Shown in pieces: positions 30,877-52,173 of a stretch of 64,000 bases of DNA. Origin of the DNA: Salpingoeca rosetta (taxonomy: Eukaryota; Protista; Choanoflagellata); assembly GCA_033442325.1 (NCBI GenBank), contig JAWQFM010000010.1, forward strand, positions 1,492,730-1,556,729, in the 5' to 3' direction. The position numbers and the translations under genes are program-made. The notes under the pieces were generated by a model. It saw only the letters and a program-made list of their open reading frames with translations, was not told where the DNA came from and searched no databases. The number at the start of each line of letters is the position of its first letter. Position 1 is the stretch's first letter.

Positions 30877-31142
30877 CCCGTGTAGGTTGTGCCGTCGGGG
30901 ATGTCGCCAAAGACATCGCCGGCAATGAGGAGCTCGTTCCACGCAGCAAACTAGCAGCAGTGGTGGTTGTGGTTGTGGTTGTGGTTGGAGGGTGATTTAA
31001 GAGGGGGAAGGGGGAAGGGCGAAATAAGGGAGTGAGGGTCGACGAGGCAAAAAGAGGATTAAAGCTGTCGAGACGAAGCGGCGAGTCGCACACACGACAC
31101 ACATGTACAGCCTCAAAAGTGTATACTCGCAACCCTTCCTCC

Positions 31143-31143
<1 letters not shown>
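30877..31143. repeat. Direct duplicate of 31608-31874 (last exon and intron end of the AEC transporter); probable misassembly
   Basis: Identical sequence cccgtgtaggttgtgccgtcggggatg...cccttcctccaa at an offset of 731 bp. It abuts the gap and ends in a CA run. Confidence 0.9.
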
Positions 31144-31216
<73 letters not shown>

Positions 31217-31603
31217 CACACACACGCACACACGCACACACACACACACACTGCATGCACACGCGTGCACTAACTGTCTGTCTCCATTGATGCTGATGAG
31301 GGGTTTATTGGGTCGTCAGAATGTAAAGTGCTGATGCTGGAGTGTGGGGAGAGGAGAGGAAGGATAGAAAGAAAGAGGATAGAGCGGTAACACACCACAT
31401 ATGTGTGCCATGTCGAAAGCAATGCGACCACTCCGCGCCATTATTCATGCACGCAATGTATACTTAGAGCAAGCAAGCAGAGCAAACAGGAAAAAGATAA
31501 GGGAGAGCCCGCTCTCAGGGATACACACCACATTCGACACAACGGACACGCCCACACAAGATGGATAAGTGTTATGCACATGTGTGCGTGTGTGTGCGAC
31601 GCG

Positions 31604-31873
31604 TTAACCCGTGTAGGTTGTGCCGTCGGGGATGTCGCCAAAGACATCGCCGGCAATGAGGAGCTCGTTCCACGCAGCAAACTAGCAGCAGTGGTGGTTG
31701 TGGTTGTGGTTGTGGTTGGAGGGTGATTTAAGAGGGGGAAGGGGGAAGGGCGAAATAAGGGAGTGAGGGTCGACGAGGCAAAAAGAGGATTAAAGCTGTC
31801 GAGACGAAGCGGCGAGTCGCACACACGACACACATGTACAGCCTCAAAAGTGTATACTCGCAACCCTTCCTCC

Positions 31874-31958
<85 letters not shown>

Positions 31959-32501
31959 ACGCACACACTTACAACGAAGGGCATGAGGATGGAGCCGACG
32001 ATGATGAGACTGGAGGTGAGGGCCATGGCAGAGGGGCGTTCCTTCATGTACGTCGTGATGAGGGTGAATGACGCAAGCGCAACAGGGAGTGACGCAAGCA
32101 GCACGGCGCTGCGGGCCTCAATGCCATCCAGATCCACGATGACACACACGAGCATGGCCAGCGCCGGCATGGCAATCATCTTGGCCAGGAGGAAGACGAG
32201 CAGCGGCTTCCACATGCGAATGACATCGCGCTCGTGGCCGCACATGAACATGCCCGTGCAGAACGAGGCAACCGGGGTGACGCAGTCCGCAAAGTACTGC
32301 ACAAACGTGTCAATGACCTGGAAGACGATGAAGACGATGAAGAAGACGATGAAGAAGAAGACGGAGGAGGAGGAGGAGGTGGTGGTGGTGGTGGAGGAGG
32401 TAAGAAGTGGCAAACAGGAAGGAAATATGGCAAGCACAAGAGTGAGATGGATGAAGGTGAGATGGCGACAATATGTGACCGAGCAACAGGTGATGCACCG
32501 G

Positions 32502-32592
<91 letters not shown>

Positions 32593-33578
32593 CCACCGCA
32601 CAGCGAATGCACCTTGGGGAAGTTGTTTTCGTCTGCGGCCATTCGCAGGATGAGGGACCAGAGAAGACCGAGGCAGATGCCAACAAAGGGGTGGTTGCGA
32701 AGGAGTTTGGGAATGACACGCTTGATTACAATCCACAGGACACCGAAGAAAGTGCGGGGCATGGTGTCGTCCTCTGCCTCGTTCCCGTCAACAGGCGCGA
32801 TGGTGGCCGCTGCCACGAGTGCACCACGGCTGTTGTTGCTGTTACTACTGCTGCTGCTGTTGTTGCTGTCATCGCTGCTGTTGCGGCCGCTGTTGGTGTT
32901 GCTGATGGCAGCGGTGTAGGAGGACGTGTGCGGGAGGTTGGCTGCCGTGTACATGGTCACCTCTTCATCTGCGGATGCCGGCTGCTGTTGCTGATGATGC
33001 TGCTGATGCTGATGATGTTGCTGGTGCTGCTGGTACTGCAGTGCCTCATGTACTACGTGTGCATCGCGCGTGTCTGGTGGCACGACCTGCTGCGGCACTT
33101 CCTGCCGGTTGAGCGAGCTGATGGATACCTGGTTCATGGCGAGTGCCTCATCCTGCGTCTTGGCTGCAGATGCGCGCACAGACCGCAGCTCAGCCGCGCC
33201 GCCGCTACGGCTGCCGTTGCCGCTGCCGTTTTTGAGCACTTCGCGGTACTCGAAGAACATGAGCATGATGGGCAGCTGGTAGATGACGGAGGAGATGGCG
33301 GCAAGCACGTTCAGGATCTTCACGCGCGGGCCGTACAGCGACTCGAGCATGGGGATGCCGAAAATGACCTGTCGACAGCAACGGGGGAGGTGGTGTGGTG
33401 CATGTAAATGGTGGGGAACGATCTGTGAGCGTGGTCTGTAGTTGACAGGAAGCGGCTGTGATCAGAAGCTGGCGTGACGTACACAAACACCCCTCCCCCC
33501 ACACACACACTCACACACACGCACACACACACACACTCACACACACACACACACCTAGGCACACACACGCACACACGC

Positions 33579-33673
<95 letters not shown>

Positions 33674-33961
33674 GTGTTGATCCATGTGCTTGAGATGAGG
33701 TTGATGAGAAAGTCGCCGATCTTGTCGTTTGTCTTCTGCCAGAGAAGCGGGACTGCGGAGAGGAGGCCGAAGACGGTGCGCAACAGCATGTACCCAAGGA
33801 TGAAGCGCCATGACAGCTTGTCCAAATCCTTGGTTGCAAGTGCCTTGAACACCAGGCTTGGAATGCCTGCATGCGCATGTGCGGTGTGATTGCAGTGATT
33901 GCAGTGGTGCAAAGGCACGCCAGCAAGCGGTGCATGTGGGATGGATCGTGTTAGCAGGTGC

Positions 33962-34000
<39 letters not shown>

Positions 34001-34305
34001 GCTGTGCACTTGTGACGCTGCATCGCAACCAAGTCAGAACGTGTGGGGCGCACATGAAGCACATGAAGCACAGCAAGCCCATTAAGTAGATCGAGCGGAT
34101 CAAGAACATGAAGCACAGCACGCACATGAAGCGCAACAAGCAGCCTTAGCTGGCTCAACGCACCGAGAAGAAACACGAAGCTGTTCAGCAGAAAGACGGA
34201 CTGAGGAGGAAAGGCCTTGCGGCGGAAGCGGGCGAAGCAGTATCCCGTCAACATCAAGCCGAGCAGCGGCACTGCCGCCTCTACTACATCCACCACCTGT
34301 GTCAT
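31604..34305 (-). CDS. Auxin efflux carrier (AEC/PIN-like, Mem_trans family) membrane transporter with a long central hydrophilic loop
   Basis: Five exons: MTQVVDVVEAAVPLLGLMLTGY...LNSFVFLL|GIPSLVFKAL...STWINT|VIFGIPMLESLYG...(Q/S/N-rich loop)...LLRNHPFVGICLGLLWS|...PVASFCTGMF...KMIAMPAL...AVLLASLPVALASF|[25 protein letters not shown]. Confidence 0.85.
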
Positions 34306-34701
34306 CGTAGATGGTGTATTCTCCGCGGTGCGCACCCTGCTCCTGCTGCTGCTGTGATGTGATGATGGCGATCAAACAAAGGCAGGGAAGAATTAATGAC
34401 AGACAGACAGCTACGAGTGATTTTGACAACGTTTGTCGACAAGCAACAACAAGCAACACAAGTCCGCGAGATGTGGGAGTGAGCGTCTCCTTTTCAAGGT
34501 TGGCAAGACCCATGTCTTGCTTCACCAACCCCCATGTCGATACGCGCACCAACCACAGCCAACACGTTTCGTCATCGCAGCCATCGCAGCCTCGCGTTTT
34601 GCGGTCCTGACGCAACTCACCGGTGGCGTTTGTAGTTGGAACTGAATTAAGGCTTCCACATTCATCGACTGACTTCAGGTTTTGGAGGACAACCAGCCAC
34701 G

Positions 34702-35843
34702 ATGATGCTCGCTGCCAACCTTGTTGTTGTTGTTGTTTTGGCTGCAGCCTTGTGCTGTTGCTGCACTGCTACTGCTACAACTGCTCTCGTTGCTGATGTT
34801 GCTGTGCCGGCGAGGAGCAGCAACAACAACAACAACAGCAACCACAACATCACGTTTGATGTCAAGTTCCACCAGCGCATGATGAACTACACGTGGTCCA
34901 GTTTCTGTGATCCCGCAGTGATCATGAACAACACCTGCGCCTTCTGCAGCGACCCAGACTTTCAGTGCGTGGTTGTGTTTGTGTGTTTGCTTGTTTGTTT
35001 GTTGTTGTGGCGGTTCTTCGCTGTCATATGATCCGGGCAGTGTTTCATGGTTTACTTGCGTGTCACCGTTGTGAACGCTGTCTTGTTTGGTTTGACCACC
35101 TTGCTTGCGTTTCTTGTCCTTGTTGGTTGGCCGCTGCGTTTTGAGTTTGTTGATGGCGAGCTTGTCCAGCCGCGCTCGTATCTATCGACTCATCTCCAAC
35201 CAACCGATCGACCTTTGGTTTTTGTTTTGTTGTTGGGCAGTGCCGTTGGAACGCTGCATGACAGCGTGACTGAGGCTTACGGCTATGTTGGATACAATGC
35301 AAAGCAAGGCTGGATCATCTTGGGCTTTCGGGGCTCGTCAAACCTCGACAACTGGCTGGCAGACTTTGATTTCATCAAGGTGTGCTTTTTTTTTGTGTGT
35401 GTATGTTTGTGAGTACACGTGTTTGCGTGTTTGTTCATGTGTGTGTGTGTGTCATGGATGAGTTGTCATGCACTGAACCTACCCACTCTTGCAAGCTTCA
35501 ACGCTTGCTAGCAATTCATGTTCACTGTTTCCACTGTTTCCACTGTTTCCACTGTTTCCACTGTTGCCACTGACCAATGGTCATGGCGGGGACAGGTAAA
35601 GTACAATGACACGGATGCCAAGGTGCACGCTGGTTTCTTTGCAGCGTGGTCGGGGGTGCGCGCTGCGGCTACAGGCCATGTCGCCAACATCCTCGCCAGC
35701 AAGTGCCCGCACTGCTCCAGGATCATCACTACTGGCCATTCCCTTGGTTCAGCCATCTCAGGTGTGTGTGTGTGTGTGTGTGTGAGTGAGTGAGTGTGTG
35801 TGTGTGAGTGAGTGAGTGAGTGTGTGTGTGTGTGAGTGAGTGA

Positions 35844-35886
<43 letters not shown>

Positions 35887-36767
35887 CGTGTGGTTGCCTC
35901 TTGTCCGCTTTATGCTCGTTTTGTTTCCACCTGTTGGCTGTACCTCACCCCTGTATGCTACACCCCTGTATGCTACACCCCTGTATGCTACACTCATGGC
36001 TCACTCACCCACTCACCCACACGCTTTCTCGCTCACTCACACGCGTATTCAGGCCTGGCGAGCCTTGACCTTGCGCTTGAGTACGGAAACAACAGCAAGG
36101 TTGCCGTGGAGATGCACAACTTTGGCATGCCGCGCGTGGGGGACGCCGCCTTTGCGTCCATCTTCAAGCGCGCGGTGCCATACTCCACACGCGTCGTGCA
36201 CCGCAACGACATTGTGCCACACCTGCCGCTGCAGGGCATGGGGTTCCACCACGTGGCCACGGAGGTGTGGGACCAAAGCCCACAGACAGAGTCGCCGCCA
36301 AATGCACAGACGTACAAGGTGTGCGATGGCAGCGGGGAGGATCCCACCTGCAGCGACAGTGTGCCCATCTTGGAGTGGCACCCCAAGGACCACGACTACT
36401 ACATGGGCACAACGGTACGGTTGGGAATGGGAGAGAGAGTGTGTGGGAGAGGGTCGGGAGAGAGGATGGGGGAAAGAGAACGTTGGAGGGCGCGCGCGTG
36501 TGTGTGTATGTGTGTATGTGTATGTGTGTGTGTGTATGTGTGTGTGTGTATGTGTGTGTGTGTGCGAGTGACAGCGCAACACACGCAAAAGCATACGCAC
36601 AAACTCCACCCACACCCACCCACACGCATCTCAGAGGAGGGGAAATTCTCTGACTGCATCTGCCAGCGAACCTCACGACTGCCTGCCCTTGACGCCGTTA
36701 CTTGCACGTGTGCTTGGATGGGCAAATACTTTGCTTGCAGAACCACTACTGTCACTACGATCACTGA
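34702..36767 (+). CDS. Secreted class-3 lipase (fungal-type triacylglycerol lipase fold)
   Basis: Signal peptide; IILGFRGSSNLDNWLADF; KVHAGF; nucleophile motif TGHSLG; NFGMPRVGD; RVVHRNDIVPHLP; GFHHVATEVW; CDGSGEDPTCS..DH. The last short exon 36741-36767 is inferred. Confidence 0.92.
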
Positions 36768-37226
36768 GCGTGCACTACCATACCCACAGGCAACGGGAAC
36801 TTTTGTCAGCTTTGGGCCCCCACCCTGCTGCGTTCATCACCCTGTCACAAAACACCTGTCATGTTCTGTTACGTCACATCCATGTTGTCACTTGACCTGC
36901 TTGGCTTTGTCACCAGCATTACTCAGTCCAGTTACGCTCAGTTCAGCTCGCTTTCGCCTCGTTCATCCATCCCTTCGCTTTCCGTGCTCTGTGATGTGGT
37001 TGTGTTACATTACATTACATTACAACAGTCATTTCAGTGTCACAGTCAAACGTGTGCTCAACAAAACAGACGCACCACCATCACATCACCAACACACTAC
37101 CGCTGCTTGTTGAGACTTCGTGGGCATCGTTCACATTTTTCGGCAATTCAAGGCACAAGAGCGGACAAAGCAAGCCAAGCAAGCAAGCAAGCCAAGCAAG
37201 CAAGCAACCCTTGTTGCATCATCATC

Positions 37227-39236
<2,010 letters not shown>

Positions 39237-39384
39237 GGCAGCTGTCGCCCCTCTCTTCCCACCCTCTCCACACGCACACACTCCTGTCTCTCTCTCCCCG
39301 TGTATCTGTCGACCTTCTAAGGGTCATGTTACTGTGATAAACGAGTTCGAATGAGTTGACATGAAATGAACGAGTTCACCTTCA

Positions 39385-39396
39385 CACCACACCACC

Positions 39397-39492
<96 letters not shown>
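39385..39492. repeat. (CAC)n(CAA)n microsatellite downstream of ALAD
   Basis: Tandem cac, then about 27 caa. Confidence 0.95.
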
Positions 39493-39493
<1 letters not shown>

Positions 39494-40115
39494 TTCAGCA
39501 CCACCACCAGCACCACGTTTCTTCAAAACATCTGCCCAAAAAAAAGAGAGACAAAACGCAACATTTTCCACGCACATTCGCAAAGACGACGGAAGTGCAG
39601 AACAGATACGACAAAGCCGCAAAGCCACGCTTTCTCCCCAGCTTTGCTCTCTCACTCTCACACACTCACACACACACTCTCTCTCTATCTGCTTCTGGCT
39701 TGTTTGCTTTTGTGTCGAGTGGAGCACGGCTGGTCTGTGTGACCTCTCTTGCTTGCCTGGCTACGCTTCGTTGCACCTGCCCGCCACAAAGGCTGGCAGT
39801 TCATCTGTGTGGCCGTCGACGCACCACGTTGAAGAATTGGTGCTCCAGGTGCGGACATGTGCTGTGTCGATGATGTACTTGGGTTGATATCACAGCCACT
39901 GCTTGTGCGCCTTGCTTCTATGCTCTCACACCAACACGCACACACACGCACGCACACACAGACACACATTCACACAGCCTCCTTTTGTTGCATGTTGACG
40001 TTCATACTCACCATCGACACACAAACACACGCATACACACATCCACACGAACACACATACACACGCACATCTACACACACGTCTGTGTATTTGTGTGTGT
40101 AGTTGACGCACAGGC

Positions 40116-45540
<5,425 letters not shown>

Positions 45541-45555
45541 GCATGGTAGTGGTGG

Positions 45556-45595
<40 letters not shown>

Positions 45596-45963
45596 TGATG
45601 CTTGACGCATGTGCTTCGTGTATTTTTTGATTGGAACGGTTTGATTGCTCAGCATGTAGCGAGGGTTTTTATCGAGCCACATACAGTTAGGGCCTCATAG
45701 TGCGCTTCCTCTCTGGACATAGTCAATCGTGTTGCCCCAGGTTTATCTCTGCACCCCTCCCCCTACTCCTATTCGACACCATGCATATGCATCCAAATTC
45801 ACTGCCTGGGCTATGTTGTGCCTCGGCCCACCTACCCGCCAATATTAAATACGTGTAGCAAGCAAGCATGTGTGCGTGTGTGTGTGTGTGAGAGAGAGAG
45901 AGTGATTGAGTGTGTGTGTGTGTGTGTGTGTACGGGTGTTTGAGAGAGAGAGAGAGAAGGAGA

Positions 45964-46045
<82 letters not shown>

Positions 46046-46470
46046 TCGAATGCTGCTGTTGGGACGAAGATAATGTAACACGTTTTACTCAGCCATCTCA
46101 GCGACATGGAAGGAAGCGGCAAACAGACACATGAAGCGCATAGGCAGCAACAACTTCAACAGGTTCAACACGGCAACAAGCAGGCAAACAGACAAGCAAG
46201 CAAAGCAAACGCAAGGAAGGGAGTCAACTAATCTCAAGAAGAGGAATGTGCATGGTGGTAGGGTGTGGGTGCATCTTGGAATAGCACGGAAGGGCAGGGA
46301 AAAGAAGCCCGATGTGACGATGTACAAGATGAGTGCGGGCTCGTGTGCAGCACGGGGTGGTGGAGCAGAAGCGAAGGGCGGGCACACAGAGCGCGGGATG
46401 GGGAAGGGGGTGCAACTTGCAGAGGGGAATGAGTGGGCGGTGAGTCATGGTGCGATGACGGGTGCGGACA

Positions 46471-46817
46471 TCAGAATGGTATTGCCGCCACGAGCACAAT
46501 GGCGACAACAAGGAGGAAGATGGTGCAGCAGAGGCCTGTGGCAACAGATGGAAAAACAACAGAGAACGCAGCAAACGGCAAAGATGGGTGAGCCATGACG
46601 GGTTGGTGCATTGATGAACGGATGTCAATGACGTGATGTGACATGCACATGACAATGTCTGAAACTTCACGTGTCACGCAACATCAAGAACAAGCAACAC
46701 GTGCAATTTGCTTACCGCCTGCTTTTGCCTTCTCACTGACATATGCAATGTGTTCATTCTCACGGCGCAGCCGGCTGTGTGTGTGCGCCATACCGTCATC
46801 CAGATCATCGAGCATTT
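46471..46817 (-). CDS. STX8: Qc-SNARE, syntaxin-8-like: last two exons (SNARE C-half + transmembrane anchor); 5' exons probably in the gap
   Basis: Exon 46817-46716 reads EMLDDLDDGMAHTHSRLRRENEHIAYVSEKAKAG (gtaag donor). It joins in phase to exon 46535-46471, GLCCTIFLLVVAIVLVAAIPF*. Confidence 0.72.
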
Positions 46818-46939
46818 CTGTCATGATCAGGATTGCAGGCAGCAGACACGACATGGTGAGCACGAAGCGGTGCGTGCGTGTGTGTGTGTGTGTGTGCGTG
46901 CGTGCGTGCGTGTGTGTGTGTGTGTGTGTGCGTGCGTGC

Positions 46940-46973
<34 letters not shown>

Positions 46974-47659
46974 NNNNNNNNNNNNNNNNNNNNNNNNNNN
47001 NNNNNNNNNNNNNNNNNNNNNNNNNNNNNNNNNNNNNNNNNNNNNNNNNNNNNNNNNNNNNNNNNNNNNNNNNNNNNNNNNNNNNNNNNNNNNNNNNNNN
47101 NNNNNNNNNNNNNNNNNNNNNNNNNNNNNNNNNNNNNNNNNNNNNNNNNNNNNNNNNNNNNNNNNNNNNNNNNNNNNNNNNNNNNNNNNNNNNNNNNNNN
47201 NNNNNNNNNNNNNNNNNNNNNNNNNNNNNNNNNNNNNNNNNNNNNNNNNNNNNNNNNNNNNNNNNNNNNNNNNNNNNNNNNNNNNNNNNNNNNNNNNNNN
47301 NNNNNNNNNNNNNNNNNNNNNNNNNNNNNNNNNNNNNNNNNNNNNNNNNNNNNNNNNNNNNNNNNNNNNNNNNNNNNNNNNNNNNNNNNNNNNNNNNNNN
47401 NNNNNNNNNNNNNNNNNNNNNNNNNNNNNNNNNNNNNNNNNNNNNNNNNNNNNNNNNNNNNNNNNNNNNNNNNNNNNNNNNNNNNNNNNNNNNNNNNNNN
47501 NNNNNNNNNNNNNNNNNNNNNNNNNNNNNNNNNNNNNNNNNNNNNNNNNNNNNNNNNNNNNNNNNNNNNNNNNNNNNNNNNNNNNNNNNNNNNNNNNNNN
47601 NNNNNNNNNNNNNNNNNNNNNNNNNNNNNNNNNNNNNNNNNNNNNNNNNNNNNNNNNNN
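46974..47659. other. Assembly gap (N run)
   Basis: Run of N. Confidence 1.
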
Positions 47660-47853
47660 GATAGGTGGAAGGCTGCACGCTACTCGGCAAACGCATAACA
47701 CTCAAACAACGGAAAACGGAGGCACGCATTATGCATGTAGTCTCTGCACACGTGGAAAGCAGGGTATATGAGGTCCATCTGGGTGTGCTGTGTATTTCAA
47801 GTGAGCGACAAACAAAAACAATGATGACTCGCCCTATCACGGACTCAGTCTGT

Positions 47854-48120
<267 letters not shown>

Positions 48121-48303
48121 GGCTCACTTCTCGAGAATGGCACAATGCAGCCGAAGAGGAATTGTGTACAGACAAGACAAAGCTTAAGGCCATTTAACTT
48201 ACATTAGACTTATCGCACACTCACACATACTCACACACACACTCTCTCTCTCACATGACTCGGCTATGCAAAACAAACAAGATGCTTGTTGGGTCTTCAT
48301 TTG

Positions 48304-49360
48304 TCACGACAACGCCAGTGACGACGGTGCAGGGGCCACATACTGCAGTGGCTGCGCGAGGCGAAGATTGCGTGCCCGACACGGCGCACCACACAACTTG
48401 CACGTGATATCCCCTTCGCTCTGTGTATGTGTGCGCGCACGTTTTTGGGGGTCGTGGAAGCTTGTGTGAGTTGCATGATCATGAGCAATCGCTCATACAC
48501 ACACGGAGACATGCACACATACACACACACACATACACGCACATACACGCACACACATACCTCACACTCACACACACATACACACACATAAGCATACCGT
48601 GAAAGCGATGACGGCACATGAGAAGCAGATGGGGTGGCCACAGGCGCCACTGCAGGGGAGCTGAATGCAGCGGCCAAGGCAACGCATACACCTCAACGAC
48701 GACGATGACGACGATGATGATGGGGATACCTCGGAAGCGTGGGGGTCGACAGGCCTCGCTGAACAACGCACACATGATTGCGAGAGTGAGAGGAGGATAG
48801 CAAGCAGGGAGGAAAGGGAGGGGGCAAGCAAGGGCAGGACCAAGCAAGGTGGTGCAGAACAGGCGAGGTGGTGTCACAGTGCAGCGGGATGGCACGAGGT
48901 TTCACCACCTGTGAGCCACGCGGGCAAGGACGCGGGAATGTGCGCAACGCGCCGCAGTGCAACAAGAAGCACTGCACGGCGGGTTGGTGTGACAAAGGAT
49001 GCAAATGCATGCGAGGTGAGTGGTGGAAAGTAAAGCGTGTGTAGCAGTGACACGTTACGTGGGACATTGGTGCCAAGGGGAAAGGTGGAGATACAGAGAT
49101 GAGCACACGGCAGCGCAGCCCAAACCTTGAATGAGCATTTCCTGTTGCAAGTAACCGAGCCTAACAAGAAGGAGGAAGAGGAGGTGGAGGTGGTGGTTTG
49201 GTGAAGGAAGATGGGAATAGGACATGAGCATGAGCATGTCGGGTACAGACAGGAAGTTGAACCGCAAGTGCAGCCAGCGATTGAACGCGACAAATACGCG
49301 CACGCAAACAGGCAAGTGGACATGCTGGCAGACAAGAGGGCAGGGCAGCGCACATTGTCA

Positions 49361-49433
<73 letters not shown>

Positions 49434-50550
49434 GCACGCAAGGAGCAAGGCGAGCGCATGCCACAGGTGCCTGTGCTGCGTACATTGTGGTGGCTGATGC
49501 GGCGGTGCGTGTATACGAGAGGCGGAGCAGGCGGTCAGGCAGCGTGGGGAAATCAGCAGAGTACAGAAACACAAAGTGGTTCAGTGTCGACAGCACTTCC
49601 ACCACCTGCACACGTTGAGATGGGGGCCAAGGTGTTGAGGTTGCGATTGGTGAAGCGGGCACAAGGTGGGCAAGGCGTGAGCTGCCGTCTGTTTGCAGCG
49701 GTTGGAATCGTTCACACAAGCACGCATGTACAGATTCACGTTTGCGTACATGCACACACATACACAAAGGCACGCATGCACACAGAAGAGAGCATACTCG
49801 TTGCGCATTTGTGAGGAGGCGAAGCAAGCGCCGCTTCCAGGTGTGTTCGCCTTGCACGAAGGGGATGTTTAAGCACGGATGAGTTGGGGGGGGGGGAAAC
49901 ACAGCCCAAACCACGCGCAACCACAACACAACTGCGAAACATGCACAAGCACATCTGTGCACACATTGCTCAGCAAATACGCATTCAAGGCACACCTGCT
50001 CGATGAAACCTATGGCCAAGCATGAACTGAAGGCCGCGCTTGGATATGTACACAGCTATTGCCGTTCTGAGGCACATGGTGGAAGAAGATCAAATGTGAC
50101 ATGTCATGGAACAACACGGCGCAAGGTGTGTGCGCAAGAATGCCGTTGACGTGTGAGCAAGCGCGTTACATCCCATGTGAAACCATTTCCAATCGAATAC
50201 ACGCAAGTGTCAGTGCCAGTGACATCGGCAACGTACAAGATGGGCCTGAGCAGCAGCCGCCGCAATGAGGTGCCCTTTAAATGTGTTGGAGACGGAGCAG
50301 CCCGGCAGGAATGCAAGCAAGCAAGCACGCGAGCAGGCAAGGAGAGGTTCATGTGAGACACGCACAGCGCTCGCAACGGCGATACGACAAACCAGTGAAT
50401 CGCAAACACACGCATGCATAACGCACACACACACACACGCACACACATACGCACAACAAGGATGGCATGCAAGCTTGTTGAGCATACCTTGGCTGGACGA
50501 ATCCCAGCGAGTGTCTGCCCGTATGTGCGCTTCCACACGAGAAGGGAGCC
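48304..50550 (-). CDS. PEX2: Peroxin-2-like RING protein; 5' end not found
   Basis: Exons read [49 protein letters not shown] and [12 protein letters not shown] (Pex2-type motifs), then a split C3HC4 [29 protein letters not shown]|[11 protein letters not shown]...*. Some internal junctions are uncertain. Confidence 0.66.
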
Positions 50551-50657
50551 CTGATTGGGAGGAAACATACGATGTTGAGCTGCACACACACACACACATG
50601 TACACACACACAGACACAGACACACGCACACGCATGTACACACACACAGACACAGAC

Positions 50658-50699
<42 letters not shown>

Positions 50700-50785
50700 G
50701 CACGCACAGACACACAAAAAGAGCTGCGATCACTTCTCAAAAAAAAACAAAGCGCGCATTTCACACACACAAAACGACCACAACG

Positions 50786-51751
50786 ATGATGATGACAATG
50801 TTCTTGGTCGTGGGTGCTGTTCGGGTGGTGGTGGTGGTCCTTGCCGTCGTTGTAGCCACGGCAATGGCGTTGGGGGACCAGGAAGGCGTCGACAGGCTGG
50901 GGTCCCTGGGCTGGGAGTCGCTTGCGCCAAGTCTGCACACGCACCTGGCCCACCGCGCCGTGGCCGGCGCCTTCTGGAGTAGCGAGGACGTGTGCCTGCA
51001 CTCGCACAAGGCGTTTCCCTTCTGCGAGGCCAGCCAGGTGCTGCCGCTGCTGGTCACCGGTGTGGGCCGCAGCGGGACGCACCACATCTCAAACGTGCTG
51101 CAGCTGAAGGGCCTCGACGTCTGCCACGAGCACATCTGCTCGGACGGCTCCGTTGCCTGGACATATGCGGCGGTGGACCCCGACAACAAGTACCCCTGGC
51201 AAGGGACCGGGCACGAGATGAAACACCACCGCTTCCGCCACGTGTTCCACCTGGTGCGCCACCCCTTGCGCAGCATCGCCAGCCTCACAACGTACCTGGA
51301 CGACTCGTGGGAGTTCATCGGCAGGCACACGCCCGAGGTGCCCGGGCTGGCCACCATGGAGCCCATCCTGCGCCGCGCCCTCGTGCACTGGGTCACGTGG
51401 AACCGCATGATCCAGATCTACGCCGACCAGCGCTTCCGCACAGAGGACACCCCGCCATCGGTCATCTGCCTTGCTGCCGGGTTCAACGAGACGATATGCG
51501 ACGTGCACTCGGACCACCACGCGCCACGCGCCCCACGGGAGCACCCCACCATCAGCTGGAGCGACCTGGCGGCGGTGGACGCGGAGTTCACCAAGGCGGC
51601 GATGATCCTGGCGCGAGAGTATGGGTACGAGGTGGAGCCGGGCCACGATGGGGGGCCTCACTCAAACCACCACCACCACCACGACCATCACCAACAGGAC
51701 CCCAATGAGCACAGCCAAAGTAGCAACAGCACCGCCAAGGAGGATGGCTGA
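50786..51751 (+). CDS. Intronless PAPS-dependent sulfotransferase-like protein with N-terminal signal/anchor
   Basis: 5'-PSB motif [12 protein letters not shown], 3'-PB motif [14 protein letters not shown], downstream FRTED; hydrophobic N-terminus; single 321-aa ORF. Confidence 0.8.
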   Translation: MMMTMFLVVGAVRVVVVVLAVVVATAMALGDQEGVDRLGSLGWESLAPSLHTHLAHRAVAGAFWSSEDVCLHSHKAFPFCEASQVLPLLVTGVGRSGTHHISNVLQLKGLDVCHEHICSDGSVAWTYAAVDPDNKYPWQGTGHEMKHHRFRHVFHLVRHPLRSIASLTTYLDDSWEFIGRHTPEVPGLATMEPILRRALVHWVTWNRMIQIYADQRFRTEDTPPSVICLAAGFNETICDVHSDHHAPRAPREHPTISWSDLAAVDAEFTKAAMILAREYGYEVEPGHDGGPHSNHHHHHDHHQQDPNEHSQSSNSTAKEDG

Positions 51752-52092
51752 GGGACGCTGCGAATGCTTGCTGTGTGGCTCACTGCGCCATCGCAAACGT
51801 GGTGTTTTGGAGACCACGACGCCACGCCTCGACTCCCTTTTGTCTTCCCCTCCCCCCTTCCTTCTTCGCGTTGATAACCCACGGCTGGCTGACTTGCTCG
51901 CACACTCGCACATCACCATGCGTTGCGGATGTTGTATTAATATGTATCGCTGGGCAGTTACACAGTCCCCATAAACAAACACACGAACATGCAGCTGAAC
52001 AATGCAGATGACACGCAAGCTTGCTGGCACACAAGACAAGCAAAATGGGAGGAAGGGTGGACAAAAGAGGAGGGTGGGGAGAGCACGTGCAA

Positions 52093-52172
<80 letters not shown>

Positions 52173-52173
52173 A

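Noticed and set aside
39366-39887. 173-aa ORF with poly-His/poly-Gln
   Set aside because: Driven by a CAC/CAA microsatellite just after the ALAD stop. It has no recognisable domain, though a short 5' exon of the next gene near 39790-39848 cannot be excluded.
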